Shown here piece after piece: positions 46,683-56,895 of a stretch of 60,487 nt of DNA (position 1 is the stretch's first letter; the number at the start of each line of letters is the position of its first letter). The stretch is taken from NCBI GenBank assembly GCA_964646455.1, contig CAZYDX010000002.1:1-60487 (forward strand), read 5' to 3'. The translations under genes were made by a program, and so were the position numbers. This DNA is from an uncultured bacterium (GTDB taxonomy: Bacteria > Fidelibacterota > Marinisomatia > Marinisomatales > UBA1611). Below the pieces are notes generated by a model. That model was not told the DNA's origin and did not search any database. It was given only the letters and a program-made list of their open reading frames with translations.

Positions 46683-47756
46683 TCATTTAGCCAGTGATTT
46701 TCCTGATGAGCCTAAGTCAAAAAAAGCTTCATCGAGTCTTTTCATCATACTCTGTTCGGCATTTCTTAAAATTTTTCGTGGGTCATATAGTTTTTTATAA
46801 GGCGTGCCATCTTCTGGATCAACTTGATACAAAAATGCTTTCGGGTTTTCATTAGTGTATTTTCCAATTGCTTTTGCAAAAGCAAATTGAGTATCAGTAT
46901 CGATATTCATTTTAAATACACCATAGCTGATAGCTGTTGTGATTTTATCTTTTTCCGATCCAGATCCGCCATGAAAAACTAAGTCTAATGGTTTAGGATT
47001 GGTGTTACAGGTATTTTGCACCAAGTCTTGAGAGTTTTTTAAAATTTCAGGACGTAGTTTTACATTACCTGGCTTATAAACTCCATGAACATTTCCAAAA
47101 GATGCTGCAAGACTAAAATGACCAATTGGAGAAAGCAATTCCCATGCTCTTAAACAATCTTCTGGTTGTGTATATAGAAGAGGATTGTCTGCACCAATAT
47201 CATCATCAGACCCGACACCATCTTCTTCTCCTCCAGTAACTCCCAATTCAATTTCCAAGCTCATTCCGATTGGATTCATCATTTCTAATAGTCTTTTACT
47301 TTCAGATAAATTAAAACCAATATCTTCAGCTGATAGGTCCAGCATGTGTGAACTAAATAACGGACTTCCAGTTTTCTCAAAATGATTTTCACTGAAATGA
47401 ATCAAGCCCTCAACCCATGGGATTAGAGCTTTATTAGCATGGTCAGTATGAAGCACCACGCAGATACCATATTTCTCAGCGAGTAGATGAATATGTTGCG
47501 CAGCTGATACGGTTCCTAAAACTTTAGCCTCAAAGCTATCTTCAAGTCCATACCCGGCAAAAAATTGGCCGCCACTATTTGAGAATTGAATTATAATATC
47601 TGAATTATTTTTTGCCGCTGCTTCCATAGCAGCATTCACTGAATTTGTTCCTACAACATTAACAGCAGGAAGGGCGTATTGCCCTTCTTTTGCAGCATTA
47701 ATTAACGTTTTATAATTCTCACCAGACACTACACCTGGTTCTAATGAAATTGACAT
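46683..47756 (-). CDS. fba: Fructose-bisphosphate aldolase, class II
   Basis: 357 aa. 'PAVNVVGTNSVNA', 'LHTDHA', 'LEIELGVTGGEEDG', 'FHGGSGS'. Confidence 0.9.
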   Translation of the reverse strand: MSISLEPGVVSGENYKTLINAAKEGQYALPAVNVVGTNSVNAAMEAAAKNNSDIIIQFSNSGGQFFAGYGLEDSFEAKVLGTVSAAQHIHLLAEKYGICVVLHTDHANKALIPWVEGLIHFSENHFEKTGSPLFSSHMLDLSAEDIGFNLSESKRLLEMMNPIGMSLEIELGVTGGEEDGVGSDDDIGADNPLLYTQPEDCLRAWELLSPIGHFSLAASFGNVHGVYKPGNVKLRPEILKNSQDLVQNTCNTNPKPLDLVFHGGSGSEKDKITTAISYGVFKMNIDTDTQFAFAKAIGKYTNENPKAFLYQVDPEDGTPYKKLYDPRKILRNAEQSMMKRLDEAFFDLGSSGKSLAK

Positions 47757-48254
47757 ATACGATCTCTTATTTTATATATTATAGAAAAATGATGGGTGTT
47801 AGCTTAGTATAAATTCTTATAGTTATTGAATAGTTTTTAAAGCTTTATATGAAAATATATAATTGATGATGTTATTTCAAATTCTATAAATAATATATGT
47901 GTTAATTATAATATAGCAGACCATTAATCTTTTTATTAATAAAATATTTGTCAAAATAAAATATGAGACTAACTTAATAAGCGTTTTAAATAATTAATAA
48001 ATTCGTTAGATAAAATATCGAGATATGTTTATGAGTCATACAAATAGCCAAAAAAGTAGTTTTAAAGCTTTTATTAGCATAAAGACTATTAAACATATTA
48101 TTATGATTATTAGCTACGCTGGACAGGCTACCTAGAGATAAAGGAAAATTTAATAGGTGGTTTGAATGGTGGTAAACTCCCCGTAAAGTTATAGCCCTAT
48201 ACATTTTCTAATTTGAAGCCTAATGAAAAATATCATGCATAAAAATATATTGAA

Positions 48255-49928
48255 ATGAGATCTGATTTAATTAAAAAAGGTTATGATAAGGCACCTCATA
48301 GGAGTCTTTTAAGAGCGACTGGGCAGATACGAAGTGACAGTGATTTTGAAAAACCATTTATTGGCATTGCAAATTCATATATCGATTTAATTCCTGGCCA
48401 TGTGCATTTGCAAAAATTTGGAGAGGTTGCAAAAAAAGCAGTACGCGCCGCGGGTGGAGTTCCTTTCGAGTTCAATACAATTGGCGTAGATGATGGTATT
48501 GCAATGGGTCATATTGGAATGAGATACTCTCTTGCTAGTCGAGAACTTATTGCCGATAGTATTGAAACAGTTGCTGAGTCTCATAGGTTAGATGGATTAA
48601 TATGCATATCAAACTGTGATAAAATTGTTCCTGGTATGTTAATGGCTGCAATGAGGATAAATATTCCAGCTGTATTTGTTTCTGGTGGACCGATGAAGGC
48701 CGGAGTAAATCAAAAGGGAGAAAAAATTGACCTGGTATCAGTTTTTGAAGGTGTGGGGAGATATAAAGCAGGTGAACTTAGTGATGATGGATTAAAAGAT
48801 TTAGAAGATAACGGATGTCCAACTTGTGGTTCATGTTCTGGTATGTTTACTGCAAATTCTATGAACTGTCTCATGGAGGTGCTTGGACTGGCACTGCCAG
48901 GAAATGGGACTATTCTTGCGACTGATCCTTCTCGACTAGACTTAGTCAAAAAAGCAGGGGGAATAATCATAGATCTAGTAGAAAAAGATATTAAACCTAG
49001 AGATATCATTGATAATGATACTATATTAAATGCTTTTGCTCTTGATATGGCTATGGGAGGGAGTACAAATACTGTTTTACATACAATAGCCGCAACAGTC
49101 GAGGGCGAATTATCTTTTGATTTATCAGAATTAAATACTCTTAGTAAAAAAACTCCGTATTTATGTAAAGTTAGTCCTGCAACGCCTAATGTGCACATGG
49201 AGGATGTTTTGAATGCTGGTGGTATAGCTGCAATTTTAAAAGAACTATCAAAAAAACAGGGAGTTCTTAATCTTGATCGACCAACTATCACAGGTAAAAC
49301 GCTAGGTGAATCAATAGAAAATGCAAAAAATCTAAACCCTGAAATAATAAGGTCGATAGATAATCCTTTTTCAAAAGAGGGCGGACTAGCAGTTTTATAT
49401 GGTAATATTGCTCCAAGTGGATCAGTCATAAAAACTGGTGCGGTAGATGAGAAAATGATGGTGCATGAGGGACCTGCTAGAATCTATGAATCACAAGAAG
49501 ACGCATTAAATGGGATTCTAAATGGTGAGGTCATACCTGGTGAAGTTGTTGTTATAAGATTTGAAGGACCTAAAGGCGGGCCAGGGATGCCTGAGATGCT
49601 AGCACCTACGAGTGCAATAATGGGAATGGGTCTAGGTTCAAAAGTAGCACTAATTACTGATGGAAGATTTTCTGGTGGAACTAGAGGAGCTTGTATAGGA
49701 CATATATCGCCTGAGGCCGCATCGGGGGGACCAATAGCCATTATCAAAGAGGGTGATATTATTTGTATTAATATAGAAAATAGATCTATTGATTTAAAAA
49801 TTGATGATGAATCGTTTAAAAAAAGAATGTTAGAACTTCAAGAGTTTAAACCAAAAATTAATTCTGGATATTTAGGTCGTTATGCAAGGTTAGTTACTTC
49901 GGCTGATACAGGTGCAGTTTTAAAATAA
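48255..49928 (+). CDS. ilvD: Dihydroxy-acid dehydratase
   Basis: 557 aa. 'PFIGIANSY', '[12 protein letters not shown]', 'GPMKAG', '[16 protein letters not shown]', '[10 protein letters not shown]'. Confidence 0.95.
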   Translation: MRSDLIKKGYDKAPHRSLLRATGQIRSDSDFEKPFIGIANSYIDLIPGHVHLQKFGEVAKKAVRAAGGVPFEFNTIGVDDGIAMGHIGMRYSLASRELIADSIETVAESHRLDGLICISNCDKIVPGMLMAAMRINIPAVFVSGGPMKAGVNQKGEKIDLVSVFEGVGRYKAGELSDDGLKDLEDNGCPTCGSCSGMFTANSMNCLMEVLGLALPGNGTILATDPSRLDLVKKAGGIIIDLVEKDIKPRDIIDNDTILNAFALDMAMGGSTNTVLHTIAATVEGELSFDLSELNTLSKKTPYLCKVSPATPNVHMEDVLNAGGIAAILKELSKKQGVLNLDRPTITGKTLGESIENAKNLNPEIIRSIDNPFSKEGGLAVLYGNIAPSGSVIKTGAVDEKMMVHEGPARIYESQEDALNGILNGEVIPGEVVVIRFEGPKGGPGMPEMLAPTSAIMGMGLGSKVALITDGRFSGGTRGACIGHISPEAASGGPIAIIKEGDIICINIENRSIDLKIDDESFKKRMLELQEFKPKINSGYLGRYARLVTSADTGAVLK

Positions 49929-49942
49929 AAATAAGGTAAGTT

Positions 49943-51667
49943 ATGAATAAGAATAGACTAACTGGTGCTGAAATAATCTGGGAATGCTTAATCAGAGAAA
50001 AGGTTAATGTCGTTTTTGGATACCCTGGTGGGGCAATCCTTCCTACTTATGATGCACTGAGCAAATATGATGATAAAATCCATCATGTTTTATCTAGACA
50101 TGAACAAGGAGCAACTCATATGGCCGATGGGTACGCTAGATCAAGTGGGAAAGTTGGTGTTGCTATAGCCACCTCTGGGCCTGGTGCAGCGAATATGGTA
50201 ACAGGTTTGGCCACGGCGATGATGGATTCTATTCCAATAGTTTGTATAACTGGGCAAGTTCCTAGACCAGCAATCGGAAGTGATGCTTTTCAAGAAATGG
50301 ACATATCTGGCGCTGTTATTCCTGTGACAAAACATAGTTATCTTGTGATGGATATAAAGGACTTAGCAAAAATTATTAAAGAAGCATTCGCGATAGCTCG
50401 ATCTGGGAGGCCAGGACCTGTTCTTATTGATGTACCAAAAGATCTGCAGGCCGAGGAATTTGATTTTTTATACCCAGAAGACCCAATTCTTCTGCCTGGT
50501 GAGAATCCAGTGAAAAATGAATTTAAAGAAATGGACTTAATTAAAGTAGCAGAAATGATAGCTGAAGCAGATAAGCCTGTTATTTTAGCTGGTCATGGTA
50601 TATTATTGTCTGGTGCATCTGAGGAAGTAATAGCTCTATCAGAGAAAAGCAATATACCGTTAAGTTGGACTCTTTTAGGTTCAGGTGCTGTTCCAGCAAG
50701 CCATGATCTAAATATGGGAATGATGGGAATGCATGGTGAATTTGCAGCTAATAATGCAATTCAAAAAGCTGATCTTCTTATTGCTTGTGGAATGCGTTTT
50801 GATGATCGAGTAACTGGTGACACAAGCACATACTCTCCGGATTCAAAAAAAATACACATAGAAATTGATCCATCCGAAATTAATAAGAATGTCTCGGTAG
50901 ATATTGCATTGATAGGAGATTTGAAGTTAGTGTTAAATACTTTATTACCACATATCACAAAGAAGAAAAATAAAAAATGGTTAAATAAAATATTGAAATG
51001 GTCTATGGAATCTAAATCTAGAGATATTATTAATTCTGATACGGAAATGCTATATGGGGCTCAGGTAATAAGTGATATATGGAAAGAAACTAATGGAAAT
51101 GCTATTGTTGTGTCAGATGTAGGACAGCACCAAATGCTTGAGGCTCAATATTACAAACATGATGAACCGAATACTTTACTCACATCAGGAGGGTTAGGGA
51201 CTATGGGTTTTAGTTTACCAGCTGCTATTGGGGCAAGTTTTGTTGATCGGGGTAAAGATATATGGGTTATTGTTGGTGATGGAAGTATACAAATGACAAT
51301 CACAGAATTAGCGACGGCAGTTCAAGAGAATTCTAATATTAAAATAGCTATTATCAATAATGGTTATCTAGGTATGGTCAGACAGTGGCAACAATTATTT
51401 TATGATTCTAGGTATAATGAGACACCTATAAGTAGTCCTGATTATTTGAAACTTTCAGAGGCATATGGTTTAAAGGGATATAGAGTTAGTTCAAGAGAAA
51501 AAATTCCTAATGTTGTTAAAGCAGCACAAGAAGTAAATGGACCTGTTTTAATGGAGTTTGTTGTTGAACAACATGATATGGTATATCCTATGGTGCCAAC
51601 GGGTGCCGCTTTAGATGCAATGATAAGTCGACCTGTTCATAAACAATTTGAAGATGCGGAAATGTAG
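49943..51667 (+). CDS. ilvB: Acetolactate synthase, large (catalytic) subunit
   Basis: 574 aa. 'VFGYPGGAILPTYDAL', 'RHEQGATHMADGYAR', 'GPGAANMVTGLATA', TPP motif 'GDGSIQMTITELATAVQENSNIKIAIINNG'. Confidence 0.93.
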   Translation: MNKNRLTGAEIIWECLIREKVNVVFGYPGGAILPTYDALSKYDDKIHHVLSRHEQGATHMADGYARSSGKVGVAIATSGPGAANMVTGLATAMMDSIPIVCITGQVPRPAIGSDAFQEMDISGAVIPVTKHSYLVMDIKDLAKIIKEAFAIARSGRPGPVLIDVPKDLQAEEFDFLYPEDPILLPGENPVKNEFKEMDLIKVAEMIAEADKPVILAGHGILLSGASEEVIALSEKSNIPLSWTLLGSGAVPASHDLNMGMMGMHGEFAANNAIQKADLLIACGMRFDDRVTGDTSTYSPDSKKIHIEIDPSEINKNVSVDIALIGDLKLVLNTLLPHITKKKNKKWLNKILKWSMESKSRDIINSDTEMLYGAQVISDIWKETNGNAIVVSDVGQHQMLEAQYYKHDEPNTLLTSGGLGTMGFSLPAAIGASFVDRGKDIWVIVGDGSIQMTITELATAVQENSNIKIAIINNGYLGMVRQWQQLFYDSRYNETPISSPDYLKLSEAYGLKGYRVSSREKIPNVVKAAQEVNGPVLMEFVVEQHDMVYPMVPTGAALDAMISRPVHKQFEDAEM

Positions 51668-51679
51668 AAAGGTCCTATA

Positions 51680-52201
51680 ATGAAACAGACATTAATTTTA
51701 TTTATGCAGGATGAGCCAGGTGTTTTAAATCGTATTTCAAGCTTGGTTAGAAGACGAAATTTTAATATTGAGAGTATTGTAGCTGGTAGGACAGAAAAAG
51801 AGGGTATAACAAGGATGACACTTGTGGTTAATGAGCCCGACATTGCTAAGAGGAAAACTATTTATAATAATATTAAAGGTCTTGTTGATGTCTATGATGT
51901 TGTTGATGCAACTGGTGAAAATTGCCATGTAAGGGAGCATGCTTTGGTAAAAGTATCCGTTGAAGGTAAAGAAATTAAAGAAGTAGAGGAATTGGTCACT
52001 GCAGGAAACTGTAGAATATTAGATAATAATACAGAGACAATGATCTTAGAATTATCCGGGAATGAGGAAACTGTTGAGGATACTATTAAAATATTAGAAA
52101 ATTATAATATTCTTGAATTATTAAGATCGGGCAAGATGGCCATGATTTCTGGTAATGAAGAAAAAAATAAACCAAAATTGATAAAATCAGAACCTTGCTG
52201 A
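51680..52201 (+). CDS. ilvN: Acetolactate synthase, small (regulatory) subunit
   Basis: 173 aa. ACT domain 'LILFMQDEPGVLNRISSLVRRRNFNIESI', directly downstream of ilvB. Confidence 0.85.
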   Translation: MKQTLILFMQDEPGVLNRISSLVRRRNFNIESIVAGRTEKEGITRMTLVVNEPDIAKRKTIYNNIKGLVDVYDVVDATGENCHVREHALVKVSVEGKEIKEVEELVTAGNCRILDNNTETMILELSGNEETVEDTIKILENYNILELLRSGKMAMISGNEEKNKPKLIKSEPC

Positions 52202-52204
52202 TTT

Positions 52205-53272
52205 ATGAATAAATATATTGGAGATTCAATGAAAGAATTAAATATAAACGGCTTTAGAGAACAAATTATTGAAAGATCAGACTATCCGATAGAGGAATGT
52301 AGAAATATTCTTGAGGGTAAGTGCACAGCTATATTAGGATATGGTCCACAAGGGCGTGGGCAGGGACTAAATATGCGTGACCAAGGGTTTAATATAATCC
52401 TAGGCCTTAGAAAAGGAAATAGCTGGGATAATGCTGTAGAAGATGGATGGGTCGAAGGGGAGAATTTATTTGAGATTGAAGAAGCATCTAATCGTGGAAA
52501 TATTATTCAATTTTTACTTTCTGATGCTGGTCAAATTGAAGCCTGGCCAACAATAAAAAATAATCTAAATGATGGTGATACGCTTTATTTTTCTCATGGT
52601 TTTGGGATAATATTTAATAAAGAAACAAAAATAATTCCCCCTGAAAATATTAATGTTGTTCTAGTTGCACCAAAAGGAAGTGGATTAACAGTGAGAAATC
52701 ATTTTTTAGAAGGAAGAGGAATTAATTCTTCTTATGCAATATACCAAAATTATGATGGTAGGGCCAAAGAAATAGCCATTGCTACTGCTTTTGCTATTGG
52801 CTCTGGACATTTATTTGAAACGACATTCGAAAAAGAAGTACATAGTGATTTAACAGGAGAGCGTTGTGTCCTTATGGGCCTTATTCAGGGTGCTTTTCTT
52901 GCTCAGTATGAGGTGTTGAGAGAGAACGGGCATTCACCTTCAGAAGCATACAATGAAACCATAGAAGAGGGCCTACAGAGCCTATATCCTTTGGTTTCTG
53001 AAAAAGGTATGGACTGGATGTATAGTAATTGTTCAACAACTGCTCAGAGAGGGGCATTAGACTGGGCACCTAGATTTAAAGAAGTCTTAAAACCTGTTAT
53101 TAATGACTGTTATCAAAAAGTAATAAGTGGAGAAGAAGCAAAAAGAGCAATCTCTTCAAATTCTAAGCAAGACTATAGAAAAAAACTTCATGAAGAATTA
53201 GAAGAAATAAATAACCAAGAGATGTGGTTGGCTGGTAAGCAGTTAAGACCACTCAGGCCAGAAAACATTTAG
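52205..53272 (+). CDS. ilvC: Ketol-acid reductoisomerase (class I)
   Basis: 'ILGYGPQGRGQGLNMRDQG' Rossmann motif and 'FSHGF'. The alternative ATG at 52229 has the better SD (GGAG at -9) and may be the true start. Confidence 0.92.
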   Translation: MNKYIGDSMKELNINGFREQIIERSDYPIEECRNILEGKCTAILGYGPQGRGQGLNMRDQGFNIILGLRKGNSWDNAVEDGWVEGENLFEIEEASNRGNIIQFLLSDAGQIEAWPTIKNNLNDGDTLYFSHGFGIIFNKETKIIPPENINVVLVAPKGSGLTVRNHFLEGRGINSSYAIYQNYDGRAKEIAIATAFAIGSGHLFETTFEKEVHSDLTGERCVLMGLIQGAFLAQYEVLRENGHSPSEAYNETIEEGLQSLYPLVSEKGMDWMYSNCSTTAQRGALDWAPRFKEVLKPVINDCYQKVISGEEAKRAISSNSKQDYRKKLHEELEEINNQEMWLAGKQLRPLRPENI

Positions 53273-53438
53273 ATAATAATCTTATTCATTGTGTTTATGA
53301 TATAAAAGTGTTTTATTACTAAATAATTTATTGATGATTAATACCTAATTATAATTAAATTAATAGTCTTGAATAATTTATTCTTTTAGGAAAATGAGTC
53401 AATAATTATATAAAAGTTTAAATTAAATAAGTGAAATA

Positions 53439-54461
53439 ATGACCAGTATACAAAATAAAATAAATATAGCAATCTTCGGATTTGGGCGGATTGGTCGGAA
53501 TATATTTAGGCTGGCATATAATGACCCTCGTTTCAATATTGTTGCTATAAGTGAATTTGGTCATGCAGAGGGTTTACACTACCTATTGGTTCGTGACTCG
53601 GTACATGGAAAACTTAAAGATACGATAGAGCTAGTAGGCAATAACTTTGTCGTTGGCAACCAGAAAGTTGCTATTCTTCCGGGTGAAAAGCCTGGTGAAA
53701 TACCCTGGTCAACATTAGATGTTGATTTTGTCATCGATGCTACAGGTGCCTTTTTGAAAAAGGAAGAGTTAGATAAACATATAAGATCAGGTGCAAAGCG
53801 TGTAATCGTATCGAGAACTCCTGTTGACAAGATTGATCGAATGGTTATACATGGAATCAATGAAGGTTCAGTAGAACATTCCGATAAGATTATTTCTGCA
53901 ACTTCATCTACAACTCAAGTTTTCGGGTTGATGTTAAGAATTTTAGATAATCATTTTGGAGTAAAAAGATCAATGATGACGACTGTACATGCTTATACAG
54001 CTGATCAGCCTCTTACTGATGCAATAGGTTTAGATCTAAGAAGGAGTAGATCCGCAGTAGAAAATATTATTCCAAACACTACCAGCGCACCTCAAATTAT
54101 TGAAAAGTTAATGCCTGAGTTCAAGGGTAAACTGGACGGTATAGCATTCAATGTACCAGTGCCTAATGGTTCATGTGTGGATATGACAACTGAGCTTCAA
54201 AAAGTTCCTTCACCGGAACAGTTAAATAGTGTAATTAAAGAAGAATCCGAAAATAATTTTAATCAGTTAATTGGGTATACAGATGATCCGATTGTATCAA
54301 GTGACGTAATTGGTAGAGAAGAGACTATGGTGTTTGACGCTAAAGCTACGATGGTAACAGCTGAGAGCCTTATTAAAACTCTATGTTGGTATGATAATGG
54401 ATGGGGTTTTTCTAAGCGTATATTAGATACGATAGGCCTTTATCATGGGGAAAAACAGTAA
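53439..54461 (+). CDS. GAPDH-like paralog lacking the catalytic cysteine (probable non-phosphorylating or pseudo-enzyme)
   Basis: 340 aa. The NAD motif 'IFGFGRIGRN' and 'TVHAYT' His are retained. However, 'SATSSTTQ' replaces the SNASCTTN active site, 'TTSAPQII' replaces TGAAKAV, and 'AFNVPVP' replaces xRVPxP. Confidence 0.7.
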   Translation: MTSIQNKINIAIFGFGRIGRNIFRLAYNDPRFNIVAISEFGHAEGLHYLLVRDSVHGKLKDTIELVGNNFVVGNQKVAILPGEKPGEIPWSTLDVDFVIDATGAFLKKEELDKHIRSGAKRVIVSRTPVDKIDRMVIHGINEGSVEHSDKIISATSSTTQVFGLMLRILDNHFGVKRSMMTTVHAYTADQPLTDAIGLDLRRSRSAVENIIPNTTSAPQIIEKLMPEFKGKLDGIAFNVPVPNGSCVDMTTELQKVPSPEQLNSVIKEESENNFNQLIGYTDDPIVSSDVIGREETMVFDAKATMVTAESLIKTLCWYDNGWGFSKRILDTIGLYHGEKQ

Positions 54462-54464
54462 GCT

Positions 54465-55472
54465 ATGAAAATGCGTGTTGGCATTAATGGTTTTGGTCGG
54501 ATTGGAAGGTCTGTGTTTAGAGTTCTAAATTCAAGAGATGATTTAGAAGTAGTTGCGATTAATGATATCTTTGATAAAGAGGCCCTTACTTATTTATTAA
54601 AATATGATACGGTAATGGGGAGGTTTCCTGGTGAAATCTCTTTAGATGGAGATATATTAAATGCTGGAAAACAAACTGTCAAGTTAGTAGCAGAGAGAAA
54701 TCCTTCAGATTTACCTTGGGGTGATCTTGGTGTTGATGTGGTTATAGAATCAACAGGAATATTTAGGATGAGAGAGCAGCTAGAATCGCATCTTGATGCT
54801 GGAGGTAAAAAAGTAATTCTAACGGTTCCTGCGAAAGATGAAATTGATTACACAGTAGTATTAGGTGTAAATGACAGTGGTCTAAGACCAGAACATAAAA
54901 TAGTCTCTAACGCAAGCTGTACCACAAACTGTCTGGCTCCAATGGCTAAAGTATTAAATGAAAATTTTGGTATTGAGCTTGGTGTGATTAATACGATACA
55001 TGCCTATACAAATGATCAAAGGCTGGCTGATGTTCCTCATTCTGACTGGAGAAGAAGCAGGGCAGCAGCAGAAAATGTAATTCCGACAACTACAGGAGCA
55101 GCAAGAGCTGTAGGTGTTGTTCTACCAGAGTTAAATGGTAAGCTTGATGGTATCGCGATGCGGGTTCCAGTTCCAGATGGCTCAGTTGTAGATTTTAATG
55201 TTCAGCTTAATAATGATGTGACGGTTGATCAGATTAATGAAGTAGTTAGAGAAGCCTCTAGAAATGGACCTCTCAAGGATATACTGGAGTACTCTACTTT
55301 ACCCGTAGTTTCATCAGATATTATAGGCAATAGTCACTCTTCAATTTTTGATGCTCCTTTTACTAGGGTGATTGGTGGAAACTACGTTAAAACCCTAAAC
55401 TGGTATGACAATGAGTGGGGTTATTCAAATAGAGTCGTTGACCTAGTCTCTCTACTTGGAAGTGTCGGCTAG
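54465..55472 (+). CDS. gap: Glyceraldehyde-3-phosphate dehydrogenase, type I
   Basis: 335 aa. 'INGFGRIGR', canonical '[12 protein letters not shown]', 'TIHAYTNDQ', 'TTTGAARAV', 'MRVPVPDGS', 'WYDNEWGYS'. Confidence 0.92.
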   Translation: MKMRVGINGFGRIGRSVFRVLNSRDDLEVVAINDIFDKEALTYLLKYDTVMGRFPGEISLDGDILNAGKQTVKLVAERNPSDLPWGDLGVDVVIESTGIFRMREQLESHLDAGGKKVILTVPAKDEIDYTVVLGVNDSGLRPEHKIVSNASCTTNCLAPMAKVLNENFGIELGVINTIHAYTNDQRLADVPHSDWRRSRAAAENVIPTTTGAARAVGVVLPELNGKLDGIAMRVPVPDGSVVDFNVQLNNDVTVDQINEVVREASRNGPLKDILEYSTLPVVSSDIIGNSHSSIFDAPFTRVIGGNYVKTLNWYDNEWGYSNRVVDLVSLLGSVG

Positions 55473-55480
55473 ATTTCCAT

Positions 55481-56884
55481 TTGATAAAGAATAGAACTAA
55501 AATTATAGCAACCCTTGGGCCTAATTGTTCTGACCCGGAAATACTATCTTCTATGATTGATAGAGGTGTTAATTGTTTTAGGATAAATCTTTCACATGGA
55601 AACCAAGAAAATAAAAAATCCTATTTTGATCTAATTAAATTATTAGAAGGTTTTAGTAAAGAATCAAGACCTTCGATCTTAGCTGACCTTGCTGGCCCAA
55701 AAGCAAGAGTCAGAAAGATTGATAATCCTATTGTTCTAGAAAAAGGGCAGACTATTGTAATTAGTAGTGGAGAGCGAGCTGAGGGAGTTGTTCCAATATC
55801 TAAAAATTTGGTATTTAAAAATGTTGAGCAAGATTCAAGAATTATGATTAATGACGGAAAAATTTGTTTAAAAGTAATAAACCAATTGTCTGATCACTCT
55901 TTTGAATGTGAAACCATTATAGCCGGGAAAATCAAAAATAAAAAAGGAGTTAATTTTTTAGGTATTGAATTAGATGTACCTAGCTTGACACCTCAAGATG
56001 AAGATGATTTAAAGCTAGCGCTAGAAAATGGTGCTGACTGGGTCGCACTGTCCTTTGCCCGATCAAATGAAGATTATTTTTTAGTTAAATCTAAAATGAA
56101 GGCTCTAGGCTATGACGTTCCTGTCATAGCAAAAATAGAAAAATGGGAGGCTATAGAAAACCTAGACAGTATAATAACTGCCTTTGATGGGGTAATGGTA
56201 GCTAGAGGAGACCTAGGAGTTGAAATACCGCTTGAACGTGTACCAGTAATCCAAAAAGAAATTATTAAAAAAGCTCGATTATTCGGAAAACCTGCAATCA
56301 TTGCTACACAGATGCTTGACTCTATGATTAAAGAGCCTGTACCAACTAGAGCTGAGGTAAGTGATATTGCAAACTCAATTATAGATGGGACAGATGCTCT
56401 CTTAGTTACGGGTGAAACAGCGATGGGGGATTATCCTGAAGAAGTAATCAGTGTGCTATCAAAAGTAATAGAGCAGACAGAGAAATCTATTCGCTATAAT
56501 GGTAAAATAATTGATAATGATAAAGTTGTTAGTACTGCTCGTGCTATTAGTCATGCTGCCTGCAATATGGCAAAAGATCTTAATCTAAATATAATTGTTA
56601 CGATGACGCAGAGCGGTGGAACAGCTAGAATGGTATCTAGCTATCGACCATCCGCAAATATTTATGCAATGACGACAATGATAGAGACATATCGTGCTTT
56701 ATCAATTATATGGGGAGTTATACCTATATTAGTTGATAAGTATAACTCATCTGATGAAATACCTGACCTGGCAAAAAAGAAATTACAGGATATGGATATT
56801 ATAATATTTGATGAAAAATTTATTATTACCGGTGGTGTCCCTGTTAATATTCCTGGGACAACTAATTATATATCTGTGTTATAG
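55481..56884 (+). CDS. pyk: Pyruvate kinase
   Basis: 467 aa with a TTG start. 'TKIIATLGP', 'NCFRINLSHG', 'IAKIEKWEAIENLD', 'MVARGDLGVEIP', 'ATQMLDSM'. Confidence 0.92.
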   Translation: MIKNRTKIIATLGPNCSDPEILSSMIDRGVNCFRINLSHGNQENKKSYFDLIKLLEGFSKESRPSILADLAGPKARVRKIDNPIVLEKGQTIVISSGERAEGVVPISKNLVFKNVEQDSRIMINDGKICLKVINQLSDHSFECETIIAGKIKNKKGVNFLGIELDVPSLTPQDEDDLKLALENGADWVALSFARSNEDYFLVKSKMKALGYDVPVIAKIEKWEAIENLDSIITAFDGVMVARGDLGVEIPLERVPVIQKEIIKKARLFGKPAIIATQMLDSMIKEPVPTRAEVSDIANSIIDGTDALLVTGETAMGDYPEEVISVLSKVIEQTEKSIRYNGKIIDNDKVVSTARAISHAACNMAKDLNLNIIVTMTQSGGTARMVSSYRPSANIYAMTTMIETYRALSIIWGVIPILVDKYNSSDEIPDLAKKKLQDMDIIIFDEKFIITGGVPVNIPGTTNYISVL

Positions 56885-56895
56885 GTAAATAATTT

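Noticed and set aside
48025-48135. Possible Ile-rich leader peptide (MFMSHTNSQKSSFKAFISIKTIKHIIMIISYAGQAT, 7 Ile in 14 residues) in the 498-nt region upstream of ilvD, suggesting attenuation control
   Set aside because: ATT/ATA codons are expected by chance in such AT-rich DNA. The peptide has no Val or Leu, the SD is only weak, and I could not find a convincing terminator/antiterminator hairpin with a U-tract between 48136 and 48254. It is worth an RNA-fold or covariation check but is not supportable from sequence alone.
47986-48204. 72-aa minus-strand ORF in the fba-ilvD intergenic region
   Set aside because: It has no motif, no SD and an odd composition. It sits in a divergent promoter region and is probably non-coding.
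48710-49429. 239-aa minus-strand ORF, plus the smaller ORFs at 48387-48584 and 49484-49747, inside ilvD
   Set aside because: They lie antisense and fully within a strongly conserved ilvD reading frame. The low-complexity Ser/Pro-rich translations are typical of shadow ORFs in the GC-richer genes.
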